A model generated the notes under the pieces. The model worked only from the letters and a program-made list of their open reading frames with translations, ran no database searches and was not told the DNA's origin. A stretch of DNA of 63,645 nucleotides, the filler included, from Octopus bimaculoides (lineage: Eukaryota), in the NCBI RefSeq assembly GCF_001194135.2. It is 4 parts of 4 records of this genome, joined end to end, with 100 filler letters (N's around TTAATTAATTAA, not from the genome) between each part and the next. Parts side by side here need not be neighbours in the genome. Positions count along the whole stretch, not along the records: positions 26,640 to 53,373 come from NC_068995.1; 3 more parts are not named here. One strand, 5' to 3'. The position numbers and the translations under genes were made by a program. Shown one piece after another: positions 39,185 to 51,426 of this stretch; within the stretch, counting starts at the first letter, position 1; the number at the start of each line of letters is the position of its first letter.

Positions 39185-40380
39185 CGTGGAAGAAAGACTG
39201 AAACGGTGAAGTAGACAGGGCTATAAATGTAAAGAGACAGTCTTGAATGGATTGGAAGAATGGGGGTAGCAAAGAATTAAAACTGGTAGCTGCTAGAAGA
39301 GAGATTAGTCAACACATATACTTAGCAAGGGAAGAAGCAGAAAGGAAAAGGTTTGCCAACGTTTTGCAGCACGAGGACCAAAAGCATGAAGTATCCTGGA
39401 TTGTGAAACTGTGTTTCAGAGAAAATCAAGATGTTGAGGGTGAGAAATTTGTGCAGATGGATATACTTGCACTTTGTGATTCTGAAAAGAAAAAGGCATG
39501 GAAGTACAACTATAAAAGGCTGCTTAAACATGGAGAATGCAGATGGAGAAAGAGAGCTTTCCAAGAGTGAACCCAAAAGAGAGAAGAACCATTTTTATTG
39601 ATAGCAGTATGATAGATAAAGCAATTAAGGATATGAAGACTGAGAATGCCTCTGGTAAATCAGGAATTCCTGTTGAGATGGCCATGAGTGGGATACAGCC
39701 TTGTCACCTACATAGCTAAGTTGTACATACCCTATGACTCCAGCATTATAGTTAACTACTACAAGGATAAAGGAGATGCCTAAGAGGAGTAATTAGAGGT
39801 ATCAAATTGCTGGGTCATGCCTTGAAAGTGACAGAAAGATAGCTCAACTAATTAGGAAGAACGTCAGATTAGATGAGATACAGTTCAGCTTTGAGCCAGG
39901 AAGTACTGCTGGTGCTCTCTTACTAGTAAGTATTTAACCAAAAGTAAACTACTTTTATCAACCTGGAAAAAGCCTTCAAGCCCTTGCTCCCTGATACGGT
40001 GGTCACTGCAGAAGATAGTAGATAAATGGCTGGTGAAGGCAGAGTCCAAGGAATTTACAGGGGTGCTGTCAGTAAGGTGAGTATTTACAGTGACGAATTT
40101 AGTATGCAGGTAGGAGTTCACCAGGGCATAATTGTCCTCTAGGTCATAACAGAGGAGTTTAAGACTGATTAGCAACTCCATTAGGTAGCTGACTTTGCTC
40201 TTATAACTGAATCTGTAATAGAATTACAAAAGAGATTCCAGGTGTGGAAGCAAAACCTGGAACCAAAGGGCCTGAAATTTAACTGAGAAAAGACCAAAGT
40301 CCTTTTCTCAGCAGGAAAAGACAGTATACTAATCCCTTCAGAATTTGTTTGTGACAGGTGTGAAGAAGCAATAAACACTA
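39185..40380 (+). mobile_element. Highly decayed RTE LINE fragment
   Basis: Homologous to 41480-42700 in opposite orientation (e.g. KAIKDMKT, GIPVEM, FQVWKQNLEPKGL). Confidence 0.8.
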
Positions 40381-40387
40381 AGAATCT

Positions 40388-42790
40388 ATATCATCATCAT
40401 TTAACGTCCGTTGTTCATGCTGGTATGGGTTGGACGGTTTGACTGGGCTGGCACGCTGGAAGGTTGCACCAGACTCCTGTCTGATTTGGCATCGTTTTCT
40501 ATGGCTAGATGCCCATCCTAATGCCAACCACTCAAAGTGTAATGGGTGCTTTTACATGCCACCAGCACGGATGCCGTTTGCATGACACTGGGGTGCATTT
40601 ATGTGCCATCGGCACGGGTACCAATTTGCATGACACCGGTACCTGCCATGACTGCAATTTTGCTCAGCTTGATGGGTCTTCTCAAGCACGACATAATGCC
40701 AAAGGTCTTGGTCATTGCCTCCATGAGGCTCATCACTCAAAAGGAACTCAGCCACTTTGCCTCCTTGAGGCCCAACATTCAAAAGATGTTCTTTACATGT
40801 GACCAGCATAAGTGCACATTGCCAAAGGTTTTGGTCACCAGTCATTGCCACTGTAAGGCTCAAAGTTCGAAGATCATGCTTCACCACCTCATCCTATGTC
40901 TTCCTGTCTTTGTCCATATGCATTACATGACCATACCAGTGCAGTCGTCTCTCTTGCACACATTTTATTCCACTTATGCCTAACTTCTCTCTTAAGATGC
41001 ATACACACTGTCAAACATGCACACTGACATTGCACATCCAGCGAAGCATACTGGCTTCATTTCTTTCAAGCCTATGCATATTCTCAGCCATCATAGCACA
41101 TGTTTCACTGCCATGCAGCATAGCTGTTCACATTCAGGCATCAATGTGAAAGAGAGGCCCTTTGTTGCCAGCAAGGGTAGGAGCTCTCTGAACTATGCCC
41201 AGACTAACCTCATTCTCAGTTACGCTCTTGGAGCATCCACCTCCACTACTAACTAGATAACAGAAGCTGTCTACTACATCTAGTTTGCTCCCCACCCTAC
41301 CCTCAGCATTTGATGGAGTCTATTTACTGCGCATTTTCAGTGTATATTGTACCTGTGCACCTTCCACATTCAAAAGTTAGTTTCCCTGTTAACCTTCCTC
41401 TGATATTGCTGCACCTTTTATGTGTCCAAAGCTTACACTGGGTGCATCTTATGGAATTTCTACCTACACCTTTTCTACATACTGAGCAGAGCCATCTACC
41501 TGAAGGGATTTGTAATTTGTATGCCTTCCTACTTACTAAGACTTTGGTTTTTGTTAGGTTAACTCTAAAGCCCTTTGATTCTAGACCTTGCTTCCATACC
41601 TGGAACTTCTCTAGTCCAGATAGTGATTCAGCTGTAAGAACAAGGTCATCAGCACAGAGGAGCTCCCAGGGGTAGCCTGTCTCGAATTCCTCTGTTATTG
41701 CCTGGAGTACTATGACGAACAAGAGCGGGCTCAGCACCAATCCTTGGTGAACCCTTCCTTGTACTCTGAATTCTTCACTATACTCATTGCCCACCCTCAC
41801 TCTACTGGTAGCATCCCAGCACAAGGCTTGTATGGCTCTCACCAACCACTTGTCTATCCCCAGTTTCCACATTGACCACCAGATATGGGATCGGGGGATC
41901 CCGTCAAAGGTTTTCTCCATGTCAACAAAAGCCAAGTACAGAAAATTATCTTTGGCTAGGTATTTCTCCTGAAGTTGCCTTACAAGAAATACAGCATCAG
42001 TGGTGCTTCTAGCTGGCACAAAACCAAACTGCATCTCATCTAGACTAACTCTCTCCATAATTAGCTGGGCTATGATTCTCGCTCCAACTTTGATCACCTG
42101 ATCCAGCAATTTGATATCCATGTAGTTATTTCTATCTAAAGCATCACCTTTACCTTTGTAGCAGTTGACTATGGTGCTGCTACACCAGTCATTGGTTATG
42201 AATCCTCCATGAACTACCTGATTTACAATACTGGTAACTAGACCATAACCCACACTGCCAGATATTTTAAGCATCTCAGTGGTGATTCCTGATGGGCCAA
42301 GGGTTTTCCCTGTCTTCATATCCTTAATTGTTTTATCTACAGGGTACTGTTGATTCGGGTAGCTGGTCCGTCAATTGGGTCAGCATTTGCCAGACTTTCC
42401 TCTTCCCGTTCATTCTCCATGTTCAACAGTCTTTCATAATGGCATCTCCAAGCCTCTTTCTTTGCAGACATTAAAAGTGCACCATCATCCATGTGGACAG
42501 ATTTCTCTCCTATGACATCACAATTTTCTCTTACATACTATCTTGCAATTTGAAATACTTCAGTTCTTTGGTCCTCATGACACTGAACATAGGCAAACTT
42601 CTTTTCTGCTTCTCCTTTGGCTATATATACCTGTCTCCTAGCTTCCCTTCTGGCTATCTGATACAGTTCTCGGCTGCCCCCACTTCCAGGTCTGTTTCTT
42701 TGTTCTAATGGCTCTGTCTACATGCTTACCCTAGGTCTGGAAGGGATTTTGCAGCAGCCACAGATTTGGTCTGTGACACTCAGCAAGCTG
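40388..42790 (-). mobile_element. RTE-clade LINE, 3' half (RT with PHD finger, 3' UTR ending in GAT repeats)
   Basis: 331-aa ORF 41324-42319 with RT motifs (FVDMEKTFD, QGLVLSPLLF, LCADDL). Tail (GAT)n near 40390. Confidence 0.9.
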
Positions 42791-42809
42791 TCTCACAGTT
42801 GCTAGAATA

Positions 42810-43310
42810 CAAACAGGCTGGAGAAAGTCCAAAGAGCTAGTACCGCCACTTGTAACAAAAAGTCTCTCTCCAAGAGAAAGCAGATGGTATGATGTTCGAG
42901 TATGAACAGCAATACTACCCAGTAATGATGTATGGGCTGTGAATGCAGAGGACATAAGATGTTTAGAAAGAAATAAAGCTAACATGCTCTGTTGGATGTG
43001 TTATGTCAGGGCATATATATGCAATTGCATTGTGAGGAAAACTGGGCATAAGAGGCATCAGATGTAGTTAGTATACAAGAGAGACAGCAGTGCTGGTATA
43101 GTCAGTTGATGTGCATAGATAAGGACAGTTGCATAAAGAAGTGCAGCTTGCTAAGGTTGATGGAATTTATGGAAGTGAGAAACCTAAGAATTTATGGGAC
43201 AGAGTAGTGAAGACAGACTTCAGGTTGTTTGAGCTTCACAGAGAAGATGACGAAAGATTGAGATGATTGGTAACTTGCTGTATTTGAGAAGTCCTGTCCA
43301 TCTCAGCAAA
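42810..43310 (+). mobile_element. RTE LINE 3' fragment
   Basis: Homologous to 63420-63645 and to 29240-29750 reversed. Confidence 0.7.
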
Positions 43311-43959
43311 AATAAGGTCCTAAAAGTATATCATTAATGTTTTTGCCCTTGCACTCAATTTGTACTTGGAATTCACTTTTGTAATACCAATCCCTCTCTC
43401 ATTCCTCGGCACTATTTCCCCAGTTGTTGTGGCTGTATAAAAGCAGAGTTTCACATATTCCACCCCCAATTTCTGTGCTACCAGTAATCCCTCTTCTTGG
43501 AATCACTTCCCTTGCAACATCACCATCTCTTGCCACTGTATCTGTATTTACACTGAACACACCCTCATGGCTACCATCAGTGCACCACCTTTTTTGTAAC
43601 TCATATCTACCACTGTGTGCTTCTGATCTCCATGTCACTGTGCATTTTCTCTCACACACCACACACTTTACCTCATCTCCCTATGTCTCACCTTTCAAGA
43701 GTTTTATCATACTGTTGTACTCCACCATTCCCTTTTTATGCAATATCACCTATCACTTCCTCCTCATGAATCCACTTCTATTTTCCTCATTTTCTTCCAA
43801 ATTGAGATTCACTATTGTCCATGCTTCCATCCATGTTCATCATTCACTTCTATCTTCATCTCTACTGCCTGTCACTTTCCATTCATAATTTCACATACCT
43901 ACATACACACCCAGCAATTCGCAATTCTCTCTCCTTAGTCTCCCTTTATCCATCTTCTT

Positions 43960-44160
43960 GTACCTTGAAGGCGTGCCCTGACATCTCATCTGCTGAGGTA
44001 ACCATATACCTCCTCCACAGCAAGACACATGTTCCTTTCAGGTTTAAGTTTCTCAACAGGCACAAAATCACCTCACTCAGTTCTGTGCTCACTTTCCATG
44101 AAGGGGTCTTGTCTTTCAATTTACTTGGTGACTTCACTCATGGTAGTGCCACAGAGAAAG
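43960..44160 (-). mobile_element. Decayed RTE endonuclease N-terminus
   Basis: KLKDKT...VILCLLRNLNLKG...SGHAFKV resembles the start of the RTE endonuclease seen at 28000-28200. Confidence 0.45.
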
Positions 44161-45504
44161 CAATTAGTACACCTTATTGGTTGGTATTAGAAAGGGTATC
44201 CAGCCATAGAATCCTTGCCCAGGAAGACACAGGAGCCCAACACAGATCTTGTTGGTCTGCCCATTCTATACCAGCACAGATTAAAGATCTTAAATGATGA
44301 TCACAATATTGATGAGGATGAGACAATATGGGTGAAAATACACCATTGAGCTATGCATAATGTCATCAAATCACAGGATACATCTGTTTCTGCACTGTTA
44401 TGCTTCACCAGCTAGGAATACTGAATCAGTCTTTTGCAACACTATAAGATTGGTTGTTCTTATATAATAAGAACAATAAAAAGTACATCTGTTATGTGTG
44501 CAAATCTTGGTCAAGCTGGAATTAGTTACCAAAAGGTGCACAAAGCAGCATTGAATAAAAGATATGTGTGTTCATTCAAATTTAACATGTTTTTTAAGAC
44601 CTTTTGCAGCAGAAATAATCTCAGAAGAAAATTCTCCACATAGAAAATAGGAGTGAAAATGCATCAGTGGGCTTCTAGTAACACTGAAATAATCCAAGAT
44701 TTAAAAAGGACAAAAAAATGAGATTGTTTGATGTTTAAGCAATCCTCAAAGACATTTATGGTGCATCTAAGGATGTCAAATGTCAACAACTGCTTATTGA
44801 TGTTATATCTATCTCATTAAAAGCAGGTTTGAACATTCTTTTTTTTTTTCACCTAGCTTATTTCATTTTTCAATTGAATTTACCATTTAATTAAGCTTAT
44901 TCCTGATTATGTATATTTTAATTGATGATGCTATTCTATTTCAGTTTTTGAAGTGCAGCTATACTGGGGCACTATCTTCAATCACATCAACCTTTAGTAC
45001 TTATTTCAATCCAGAGAGTATTTTATCCATCTCTATTTACTGAATCGCTAAGTTATGTTTTTGACATAAAGGAATAACATTCAACACATTGGTAAACATA
45101 ATCACAGACACAGACCTCACATATACATGAACAAAAGGTTTTTCAGACAGTTTCCATCATTCAAAGGCATTGGATTACTTGAGGCTACAATAAAAGATAC
45201 TCAAATAATGTACCAAGCAGTGGGTTCAAACCCAGATATGTAGTTAGAAGTGAACATCTTAAGCACATAGATACATGAACACCTTACAGAAAATAAAAAT
45301 AATAATGTATATTTATTAGGATAGTTTTAAATTGTTATATTATTTTTAGATAACACAAATTCGGGAAACTGAACCAGCTTTCTTAGTGAGCTTAAACCAA
45401 CACCATGCAGGCTGAGATAACCAATTATAAAATTTTGAGATTAAAAAACTACTTGAAAAGATAAACTGGTTTGTATGAAGGTTTTAAAAGTACTTGAAAC
45501 TTAC

Positions 45505-45655
45505 CAGAGTTACCAAAAAGATCTGCTCTCATCTCTTTCTCATACCTGCCTTTTGTTAAATTGCAAAGCTTTTTACTTGCTGATGGATTAATGTCTTTAG
45601 AAGATGAGACTGGAGCAAGTTTTTCAGCAGCCAACATCTTCTCTGATGAATCAGG
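45505..45655 (-). CDS. USE1: USE1 internal exon, PDSSEKMLAAEKLAP...RYEKEMRADLFGNS
   Basis: 151 nt, TTCAG/GTAAGT, phase 0 to 1. Resembles human SSSEKALANQFLAP...RYTSEMRSELLG (recalled). Confidence 0.88.
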
Positions 45656-45789
45656 CTGAAGTGAAAATGTAATTTAAAAAAATAGAAGAGATTACAAGAG
45701 ACTAAAAAAAAAATACAAAAGTGTACAAAAACAGAAGTGAATAGAAAAGTGCAGCAAGTTGTAAATGTTTACAAGCAGAAACTACATAC

Positions 45790-45868
45790 CAATCTGTCAG
45801 CTTCCAGCAACCCTTTCAAAAATTGGATTTTCCGTGCATAGCCATTTATATCTTCTTTGGATGGACAA
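45790..45868 (-). CDS. USE1: USE1 internal exon, CPSKEDINGYARKIQFLKGLLEADRL
   Basis: 79 nt, ACAG/GTATGT, phase 2 to 0. Resembles human [26 protein letters not shown] (recalled). Confidence 0.88.
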
Positions 45869-46551
45869 CTGTTGTAAAAATATCATGAAAGGAAGTAATA
45901 ATTCACTAGAGGACAGAAACTGTTGAGTGAAATTCAGTGCTAGAGAAGAATTTTCTAATAAATATATTTCCTAATAATGTATTTCAATTGTAAAACTACT
46001 TTTTTTTTTTCTGAGGAGAGAGTTAGGCTTTAGTTAGAGGAGAAAAGAGACTTAATTCAAATGCTTGCAACAAACACGGCTAAAGGGCTAGGTGGTGGTG
46101 TTTAAGACAAACAAGTCAACTCCTCGAAAGCAGGAGTTCTAACAGGGTATCTAACACTCCCCTTGATACACAAGATATTTCTCGCATATTAAACGACCTC
46201 ATACACATTCCTACGTTGCTTTTCAACGGGTTTTTAAGATAGATTAACCACAGTGGCAAAGTTATCACAATATAGCAGACTGCAAGCACTAAAGTTTGAG
46301 ACGACTCAAGACTATGTCTGATGCAGGATAAAGAGATCGTACCCCAAACTATGTGATTGCGAAGCGAACTTCTTAACCATGCGGCCATACCTGAGAGATG
46401 CAAGATATGAGACAAGGAGAAAGAGCACCAGGTGGTACGCATTTTCCTCTGATGTGAAGTTTTAATTGAATAATTGGCTTTAAAAAAAGTTTAATTACAC
46501 TCGTAAAAGGTGTCGAAGCAGTGACAAGAAGTGTGAAGAAAGCTACATTAC

Positions 46552-46601
46552 CATGGCGATTTCTTTAATTCTTCTAACTGACTCAATAATGCACAAATAT
46601 A
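46552..46601 (-). CDS. USE1: USE1 (ER t-SNARE) internal exon, YICALLSQLEELKKSP
   Basis: 50-nt exon with TTTTCAG acceptor and GTAATG donor, phase 0 to 2. Resembles human USE1 YVGALEDMLQALK (recalled). Confidence 0.75.
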
Positions 46602-47940
46602 CTGAAAAGAGAAAGAAATTACACGAGATAATTTTCACGGGAAGTAACAAAAACAAGAGTTATCTCCCTTATTTTAATAAACCTCAGGCTAAATATAAAA
46701 TGGAAATTAATGGATTAGATTAGCAAGTTTAATATTTTTTTTAAATGTTAGGTGAGTTAACAATACCGATTCTCTTCAGCTCTTCCTTGAGGTTAATTCT
46801 GGTATAGTTTGCACAAGAGTATAACATCTTTTAAGGAATCAAAACCAAGATGGATACTTACTCACATCACAAGACTGGATAGATTATAATTGTAGTTGAT
46901 AGCATTAAAAAAAAAAATTAGGGAAAAGAATTTCAGATCACAATCCCTCCCTTACCACCACTTAACGAAACTGGAGAACATGTTTCTGCAAAATATCGTT
47001 TAAAAATATGCAATTTAGATAAATAGTGAGGAGACAGAGTTGGGTTCCACGTTCAGTCCCACTGCACGGCGCTTTGGGAAAGTGTCTTCTACTATTATAG
47101 CCCCGTGCTGACCAAAGCCTTGAGTGGATTTAGTAGACGGAAACTGAAAGAAGCTCACCGTGTAGTCATGCGTTACTTGTACATCAGAATAAAGCGAGAC
47201 AGTCACGGCTGGAATGGCTTTGATCGCAAGTATGTTTAATTATGGTTAACCTAGGCCAAACAACTCGCTGCTATTCACACACGTTAAGGAAGCGGAATTT
47301 TAAAATAATTCAAATGACTAAGTTGATAAATTATAATGAAATGAACACAGTACTCGTCTAACCATTTTACGCAGGTGCCTGAGTAGACTCATTAATTTAG
47401 AAACAAACTTCCGAACCATTCAAACATACTGCGTCTTATATATATACATATATATNNNNNNNNNNNNNNNNNNNNNNNNNNNNNNNNNNNNNNNNNNNNN
47501 NNNNNNNNNNNNNNNNNNNNNNNNNNNNNNNNNNNNNNNNNNNNNNNNNNNNNNNGGATTGCATCCGCTGATTTGGAGATGTAAATATATAGAGAGAATG
47601 TGAACCCTCTCTATTTCGTGCGACCAGTGTTGTGTATGCTTCCCAAAGGCCATAAGCATTGTCACAGAGGCGCCCCCGCCGACAAGTGTGGTATCTTGCG
47701 CATCAGCAGCAGAGTGCGTTAGTTGGCCTGTGGACTCACTCAGTATTGAGTGATCCCAACATCCGATGGTCTGGCTGTTCCTGTAAAGCTGATTTGTAGT
47801 CGGAAGGGTAACTTGTAGGTCCCTTGCAGGCCTTGGGTGTCATATAAGACACCATAGACGATTGGCGGACCAAGCGTGAGATGTTTATTAGAGTGCAATG
47901 AGTTTAAGAAGTGGTCTTACACGGTCACGAGCTGACTTCC

Positions 47941-48140
<200 letters not shown>

Positions 48141-48888
48141 TATATTTACTACAATAAAGTAGTAAATAGAAGAATAAAGAGTAAAGGTAGTTAGAAGAAT
48201 GCAGGCGGGAAAATAATGTTTCTAACTCATATTTTTCCAGAGGATATGTATGTTGGTTGATACTTCCATGAAAGTACAGGTCCTTAGTTAAAATCCCAGG
48301 TAAACTCGGGCAGTATTTCAGCAGTATTTTGAATGATGTATTCATATTGAAGCGATAGTGTTTAAATGTGCATATAGAGCGAGAAAGCAAGATAGACATA
48401 GATGGGTTTTGTGAGTGGGTGTATATGGGAGAGAAAGGAGAAAGCGAGAAAGAGAGAGAGGAGAAAGGAATAAAAATAAGATAGGAGTAAAAGGTTAAAA
48501 ATAGGAATAAAAATAAAATAAAAGTAAAGGTAATGATAGAGATATGTCAGTATTGCATCGGGGTGATAGGTAAAACGTTAAAGTTTCAGTAAAGTGGGGG
48601 TTGAGGGCCAATTTAGGTAAGACCACAAAGTTTATTGGTTAATACAGATATTTGAAATTATATTTCAAGCGTAATAACAATTTAATGATACGAGATGAAA
48701 GATTAAGAATTAAAATTAAATTAAAAATTAAAACTTAAATCCTAAACTTAAAATTACAAACTAAGAAAACTAAAACCTAAAAACTACAAAAATTCTATAA
48801 ATTATTGAATTGAAACTAGCTAGCTTCTAAGATACTTATGTTGATAGAGAGGTAGAGGAAAAAGAAAAGGAAAAGAAAAAGATAAAAG

Positions 48889-48929
<41 letters not shown>

Positions 48930-49595
48930 GCGCACACACATACATACACACACACATATATATATACACATATGCATACACATATATATACACATACATA
49001 TATACACATACATAAGCGTACATATAAAGTGCACACATACATACAGCGCACACATGCACACATACATAAACACATACACACACACACATACATATGCATG
49101 TGTGTGTGTACACATATATAAATATTTGGACCTATAGAAGAATTTAAAGGTGCGATAGAAACTATGACAACATGTAGAAAAAGCTTCGTGTTGTTTATTT
49201 TGTAATTGCGGTGAATTATGTATACATATTTGGAAGGCTTCATTTAGGCATAGTCCACAAGTGAATTGCTGGCCTTCGTATGGGACCCTGGAATCTATTA
49301 TGGCCCAGGATATCCTATATGGTACCTTTCTATTTATTAGATGGTGTATGTGGTTGACTAGGAAGGTAGATTTGCTATGCTCCTCATACTTAAATGAGTT
49401 TATAAGTGTAGAATATCTCTGTTTAAAATCAGTAGTAGATCCGTGTATGAATACGGTGGGCTTGCAACGAGCATTCGGTCGCGGATCGGCAGTTGCAACT
49501 AACTGTCCTGCGTGAGTTAGTTGTGGAAAGGGAAGATGCAGTACTGTTTATGGAGAAATTAAAATTAAGGGTGTTATTAGGGGATTGGCTCGTAT

Positions 49596-49600
49596 TATTA

Positions 49601-49685
<85 letters not shown>
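49596..49685. repeat. Compound (ATT)n(AGT)n microsatellite inside the Penelope-like ORF
   Basis: Direct reading. Confidence 0.95.
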
Positions 49686-50319
49686 CAATGGTCGTATTAG
49701 AGGTATTAACATTAGTTTTAGTTGTGGAACTGTTAGCATCAACACTTTGACCTTCATAGGAAGCGGAGATATTTGTATCTTGGTTAATTCTGGTTGTAGT
49801 GTTTAGGTTGCCAGTGTGGTGTTGATATTAATGTTTTTGTGGTTTTGACCTATGTTATGATTATATACATTTAGGTAGTAGGAATGAAGTTTACGTTTAT
49901 TGGATGAGGTAACAATAGATTCTATACTGGGCGGAGAGGAGTAGGATAATTTTAGAGTAGATCTATTGAAAATTGAATGGTATTTATGGTGACGTGGGAA
50001 GTTAGAGTCTACTATTTGAAAGAAGGCTTTTTCCTAAGCTTTTAACGTTTAAAGCGAATGGAGTGTAAAACAAATAATCGATCAACCCCCACTCTTGTAA
50101 GGTAATATAGGACCGGATTTACCTGGGATTTTAACTAAGGACCTGCACCTTCATGGAAGTACCGACCAACATCCATATCCTCTGGAAAAAGATGAGTTGT
50201 GAACATTATTCTCCTGCCTGCATTCTTCTAACTACTTTTACTCTTTATTCTTCTATTTACTACTTTATTCTTCTATTTTATTCCTTGTAAATTTTCCCCG
50301 TCTAAAATATTCATACCTT

Positions 50320-50395
50320 GTCTCTGATGATGGAATGCCCTGTGTGTAAACATGCTTATTTACCACTTGGGTTATCCCAGAAATGGCTGTAAGAC
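50320..50395 (+). ncRNA. Type I hammerhead motif with elongated stem II
   Basis: GUCU-CUGAUGA-UGGAAU...AUCCCA-GAAAUGGCUGUA-AGAC, with GUA triplet. Confidence 0.6.
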
Positions 50396-51426
50396 TTCAA
50401 ATTTACCATACCCTAATTAAATTATTCTAAATGACTTGAGATACTTGTTCTTGCTTGGTTTTGATTTTCCTCTCTCTCACTCTATATATATGTGTGTGTA
50501 TGTGTGTGTGTGTGTGTGTGTGTATGCATGTATGCATGTATGTATATATGTATATAGTTATGTGTGTGTCTTCGTGTTTATGTTTGTCCCCTACCATCAC
50601 TTGACAACCTATGTTGGTATGTTTACGTCCCCGTAATCCAGAGGTCCGGCAAAAGAGAGCGTTAGAATAAGTATTAGGCTTAGAAAGAATAAGTCCTGGG
50701 ATCGATTTCTTCGAGTAAAAATACCTTTAAGGCGGTGCTTCAGCATGGCCGCAATATATATATATATTCGCTATGTTGGACTGCAGAAATCTACAAGTTT
50801 TTTTTTCATTCTCTCTCTTTTTATTTTCTCTTATTCCTTTCTGTTGAAGGGCGTAGACTCGAAACGTAAAATACCTTTTCATTTTCCCGAGCGTTAAACA
50901 AATACACTTGCTTGCTGTTCATACACCTGTCTTCGTCTTTTATTTTTCTATAAATTCCAATTATATATATATGCCTACTTGTACCTGCATACATATACCC
51001 ACCCCTATACACGGACGCAACATTGGCAGTGGCCTTGTAGCTCTTGTACCTACGATGTGTGCTTTCTATTCAGTATTAGCAATGTCTCGTTTATGAGAAC
51101 AGATTCACGTATCTGTCGTAAAGTCTCTCAAGTGTTTAGATAAAAGACTTTGACAATCAAATAACCGATTTCTATTTATTTGATGATAAAAAGATATTTT
51201 TATTTTCACCCATCCGTTCTCTTACTTTTCCCTTTTATTTCCATTATTATTTTAGTTTTGTTATTTTTTTTTGTTTTGTTTTACTCTAGTTTTGTTTGAT
51301 TTTATTTTCCTCAGAGCTTGTGTAATTTTCTCTACCACCCTATTTAAGAATCATATCTTAATCTTCCCAGGATCTTTTCAATCTCAGTCACAGATTTTTT
51401 AATCAATTTTTTAAAACTAAACACTG

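Larger units (their letters stand above)
48153..50430 (-). mobile_element. Degenerate, 5'-truncated Penelope-like element (RT C-terminus, CxC linker, C-terminal GIY-YIG) with inverted terminal repeat
   Basis: Minus-strand frames give FPRHHKYHSIFNRSTLKLSYS, CNCRSATEC and GSTTDFKQRY...YRISWAII...CGLCLNEAFQI...NKQHEAFSTCCH. 48153-48304 is inverted relative to 50118-50269. Confidence 0.8.

Noticed and set aside
47720-47940. Minus-strand FLNSLHSN resembling a Penelope RT motif
   Set aside because: The following residues do not continue the motif, and the frame has stops.
49440-49500. Minus-strand GUUGCAAGCCC resembling a twister ribozyme loop
   Set aside because: The required pairings are absent, and the sequence is explained as coding for the CNCR linker.
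50327-50383. SECIS-like AUGA...AAA...GA pattern overlapping the hammerhead (some Penelope-like elements encode selenoproteins)
   Set aside because: The AUGA-to-AAA distance is 17 nt, the AAA pairs better within the long stem, and the element's Cys codons are TGC/TGT with no UGA at Cys positions. The tandem GA is explained by the hammerhead core.
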